A DNA stretch of 64,000 bases from Klebsormidium nitens. Its lineage: Eukaryota; Plantae; Klebsormidiophyceae. The position numbers and the translations under genes were made by a program. Shown in pieces: positions 61,701 through 64,000 of the stretch (positions within the stretch are counted from its first letter, which is position 1; each line of letters starts with the position of its first letter). The stretch lies in the NCBI GenBank assembly GCA_000708835.1, contig DF237147.1, forward strand, positions 84,959 to 148,958, written 5' to 3'. Below the pieces are notes generated by a model. The model was not told the DNA's origin, ran no database searches, and saw nothing but the letters and a program-made list of their open reading frames with translations.

Positions 61701-63001
61701 TTTCATCCTTGGTGCCCACATCAATGGGCTTCCCTTCTGGGCTCAGCCTCCTCTTGAAGATGTTATGCACCTGTGTGGATAAGCGACATGTATCACAAAC
61801 TGCTCTCAACACCCGTTGCAGAAGACAGCGCGGCAAACGTAAGGCTTTCTTGCTGCTTGTTTGTGTTTGATGCTGCCAAAGTGAAGCGCCACCAACACCT
61901 AGCCAGTTAAGCAACCAACAGAAGTGCAGCTTGTGAGGCAAACGGGGAAACTTGGGCGCTTTGCCAAGTGAGGTGATGAGTGAACTCACCACATCCAGGT
62001 GCTGCTCCCCACTCACATCCATGGCATCTAGACTCAAGATTGAGCACGCAAGGTGCGGGTACGTGACGTCAAACTACAGGAGCGCCGACCGGGATGGTAA
62101 GAGGTGGGTCAAAAGAAAAGAGTGGCAGCAGGGTGAGCAGAAGTAAGAGGAGCAAACTGGAACGTCTCCGACGCCCTGCCCGAAATCTTTGAGGCAGAGT
62201 CCTGAAAGAGCAGCTCAGATAAGGGGGGGCACCACTTGCGGAACCAAAGCAAGTGAATGGAGCCCTAGGATCGGCTTCAGGATGGGGATCATCGCTGGTT
62301 CACCTACTGGTTCTTGTACGAAGCCCTCTTACATATCACCACCACGTGTGTGTTTAAAGTTCCGTTAGATGGGCCAAAACGATATTCCAATGGGGCTGCC
62401 CATACTTTTAGTGCAACGCCAGCTCTTCACAATGCATATATCAATTACCAATCAACAGCATACACTAGGCTGAAGCTCGCAACCAAGAGCTTGAAGGAGC
62501 CCTTGACTCACATTGATCTGAAGTTGCTCGCCCCTCGATGTGTCCACTGAGAGCTCATTGACGGTCTTGGTTGTCAAGAACAAGCCTGTCAAGCAACGTG
62601 GATGGTTCAATATCACCTGCCAAAAAGCTGATGTGCAGGCGGCTGATGAAGACTGTAACCAGCGGCCTCAATCAAAACCTCTTGGGGTGAGATGCAGTTT
62701 ACTAAACCCAGGACATATAGAAACATCCATTTGAATTCCACATAGGCTGAAGTACATCGAGGACAAGGGAAACCCAGAAAGCAGTGACGGCTGACACATT
62801 TAAGCATCTGCAGCAGAATAATCTTGGGACCTTCTAAAATTGGAGAGCTCAGCACTCACCAAGCTCTGTGAAGAACAACAGGACTATGAAGATGGATGAC
62901 ACAAGCGTGATAAGCCCTCCAGAGAGGGTCCGGCTGTAGAAATCCTCGTTGATCTTCGGATAAGCATCAAGCTTCTTCAAGTAGTTAAGAACGTCCCCCA
63001 T
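58722..63001 (-). CDS. ERGIC3: ER-Golgi intermediate compartment protein 3 (Erv46 family), multi-exon
   Basis: ATG at 63001 (MGDVLNYLKKLDAYPKINEDFYSRTLSGG). Exons give SLDAMDVSGEQHLDV, YCGSCWGAE, CCNTCEEVREAYRRKGW, NKVAGNFHFAPGKSF, MYQYFIKVVPT and LPGVFFFYDLSPIK. C-terminus is KKKMELGKLN, TAG at 58722. Confidence 0.96.
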
Positions 63002-63201
63002 GTTTATCTCCTTGCCAACTCCCGTGTCTTCTTCACATCATCGCCCACCCGCCGCTGCAGAGCAATTGATTAGTGCACAACTGCACAAGACCGCCAATTG
63101 CGCTTCCTCCCTCAATACGCAAAAGGCCCAGCTATGGGCACCAGATCCCTGAATGCTCCGTTCTTCCTCGCTTTAGGACCTACCTGGAGCGCTTTACACT
63201 A

Positions 63202-63891
63202 CCGTACTGCCAAGGTATGATTCCGAATGCTTGAAAAATGCAATTATTTAGACGTAGGTACGTAAGTTTGCTAGTCTTACGATATGCGTCACTGATGATG
63301 TCACACAGGGTTAACCTCCTAACGCACACTAAAACCCTAAGGGTAATATTGAGCAGTAACCCGGTTTTTAACAAACCCTAAGGCGTTCCGCCAGAGCGCA
63401 CCCGTACCCACCCTAACCCCCCAGCTAACCCCACCAAGATCACAGGTTTGCCCTCATTGTAACCGGAATCTGCCCCGAGCACTTCACCGCACCCGGTGAA
63501 ACCGGGCGGTACCAACCATAACAACAGGTACCGTACCCCACCACTGCTATCGCTGATGTCACCGATGACGTAGTTTTGAAGACTAACAAAGTTATGTAGT
63601 CTGCTGATTATTTAACAGAATGCGAGCCCAAATGTTGTATTATTTTCCGAAATCCGACCCTGAATCCGAATGAGACAAAAGGTACCCAGGTACCCTTATA
63701 AAGTGGGTCTTAAAGGGTACCGGTACGTACCTTAAGCTCATACGGGCTTCAAAATCACTTTCCGAACGAGATTTAACAATTAATTTCCGTTTCCGAAAAA
63801 GCAGATTCCGAATGCTTATTTGGAGTTTCCAACTTTCCGAATGCAAATAATTATTTATTTAGGTATTCGGAATCATACCTTGGTAGTACGG
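63202..63891. mobile_element. Non-autonomous TIR DNA transposon (MITE), probably Tc1/mariner-pogo type, 690 bp
   Basis: Left TIR CCGTACTGCCAAGGTATGATTCCGAAT (63202-63228) and right TIR ATTCGGAATCATACCTTGGTAGTACGG (63865-63891) form an inverted match at 26 of 27 positions. TA flanks both ends (63200-63201, 63892-63893). The interior is AT-rich, with no transposase ORF. Confidence 0.88.
63332..63380. promoter_or_regulatory. Two telo-box (AAACCCTA) motifs inside the MITE, upstream of ERGIC3
   Basis: AAACCCTAAGG occurs at 63332 and at 63373. Confidence 0.5.
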
Positions 63892-64000
63892 TAGTCCGAT
63901 TCTGAAGATGCCCACAACTTCAAGGGAACTCATGTACAGCTGCAGCCTCAGAGTCAGGGGACAGCTGCGGCATCCTGGCACTGCGTTTGCAGAACTTTTT

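Noticed and set aside
63320-63435. Telomere-like CCCTAA sequence suggesting a chromosome end
   Set aside because: There are only isolated, non-tandem units, and they lie inside a MITE with unique sequence beyond.
208-63846. Hundreds of 60-340 aa ORFs in the supplied track
   Set aside because: Most are antisense or off-frame shadows of GC-rich exons (for example 50117-51133 is the Ser/Pro mirror of the Glu/Gly tract) or intron read-throughs with no recognisable motifs.
63197-63896. CACTA-superfamily interpretation of the terminal element
   Set aside because: The left flank reads CACTA, but the right end is TAGTC rather than TAGTG and the 3-bp flanks (TTA, CGA) do not match. The TA-duplication model fits better.
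1-64000. CRISPR arrays, tRNA, rRNA or spliceosomal snRNA genes
   Set aside because: No regularly spaced repeats, cloverleaf T-arm/D-arm signatures or known snRNA sequences were seen by eye; tRNAscan-SE and cmscan would be decisive.

Overview
Eukaryotic, GC-rich, intron-rich genomic DNA from a green-lineage organism. Plant-type genes with plastid transit peptides, GT-AG introns of about 200-800 nt and high GC3 suggest a streptophyte alga such as Klebsormidium; this is inference. Ten spliced or single-exon housekeeping genes were reconstructed by hand: ADCS (-, runs off the left edge), PWP2 (+), a DUF1475 membrane protein (-), an ApaH-like phosphatase (+), VPS35 (-), Vps68/TMEM50 (+), isopropylmalate isomerase small subunit (-), a 27-exon midasin MDN1 of about 5930 aa (+), a HAD-family FMN hydrolase FHY1-like gene (+) and ERGIC3/Erv46 (-). 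Most short ORFs in the supplied track are off-frame or antisense shadows of these genes. The best non-obvious signals are: (1) a box C/D snoRNA in MDN1 intron 19 whose guide is complementary to LSU rRNA helix 69 (snR63/SNORD46-like), with a weaker H/ACA-like candidate in intron 20; (2) a U12-type minor intron in VPS35; (3) a 690-bp TA-flanked MITE with 27-bp TIRs about 200 bp upstream of ERGIC3, carrying telo-boxes and GTAC motifs; (4) four head-to-head gene pairs. No wholly new multi-gene system is evident. No searches were run, and all family calls come from recognised motifs.
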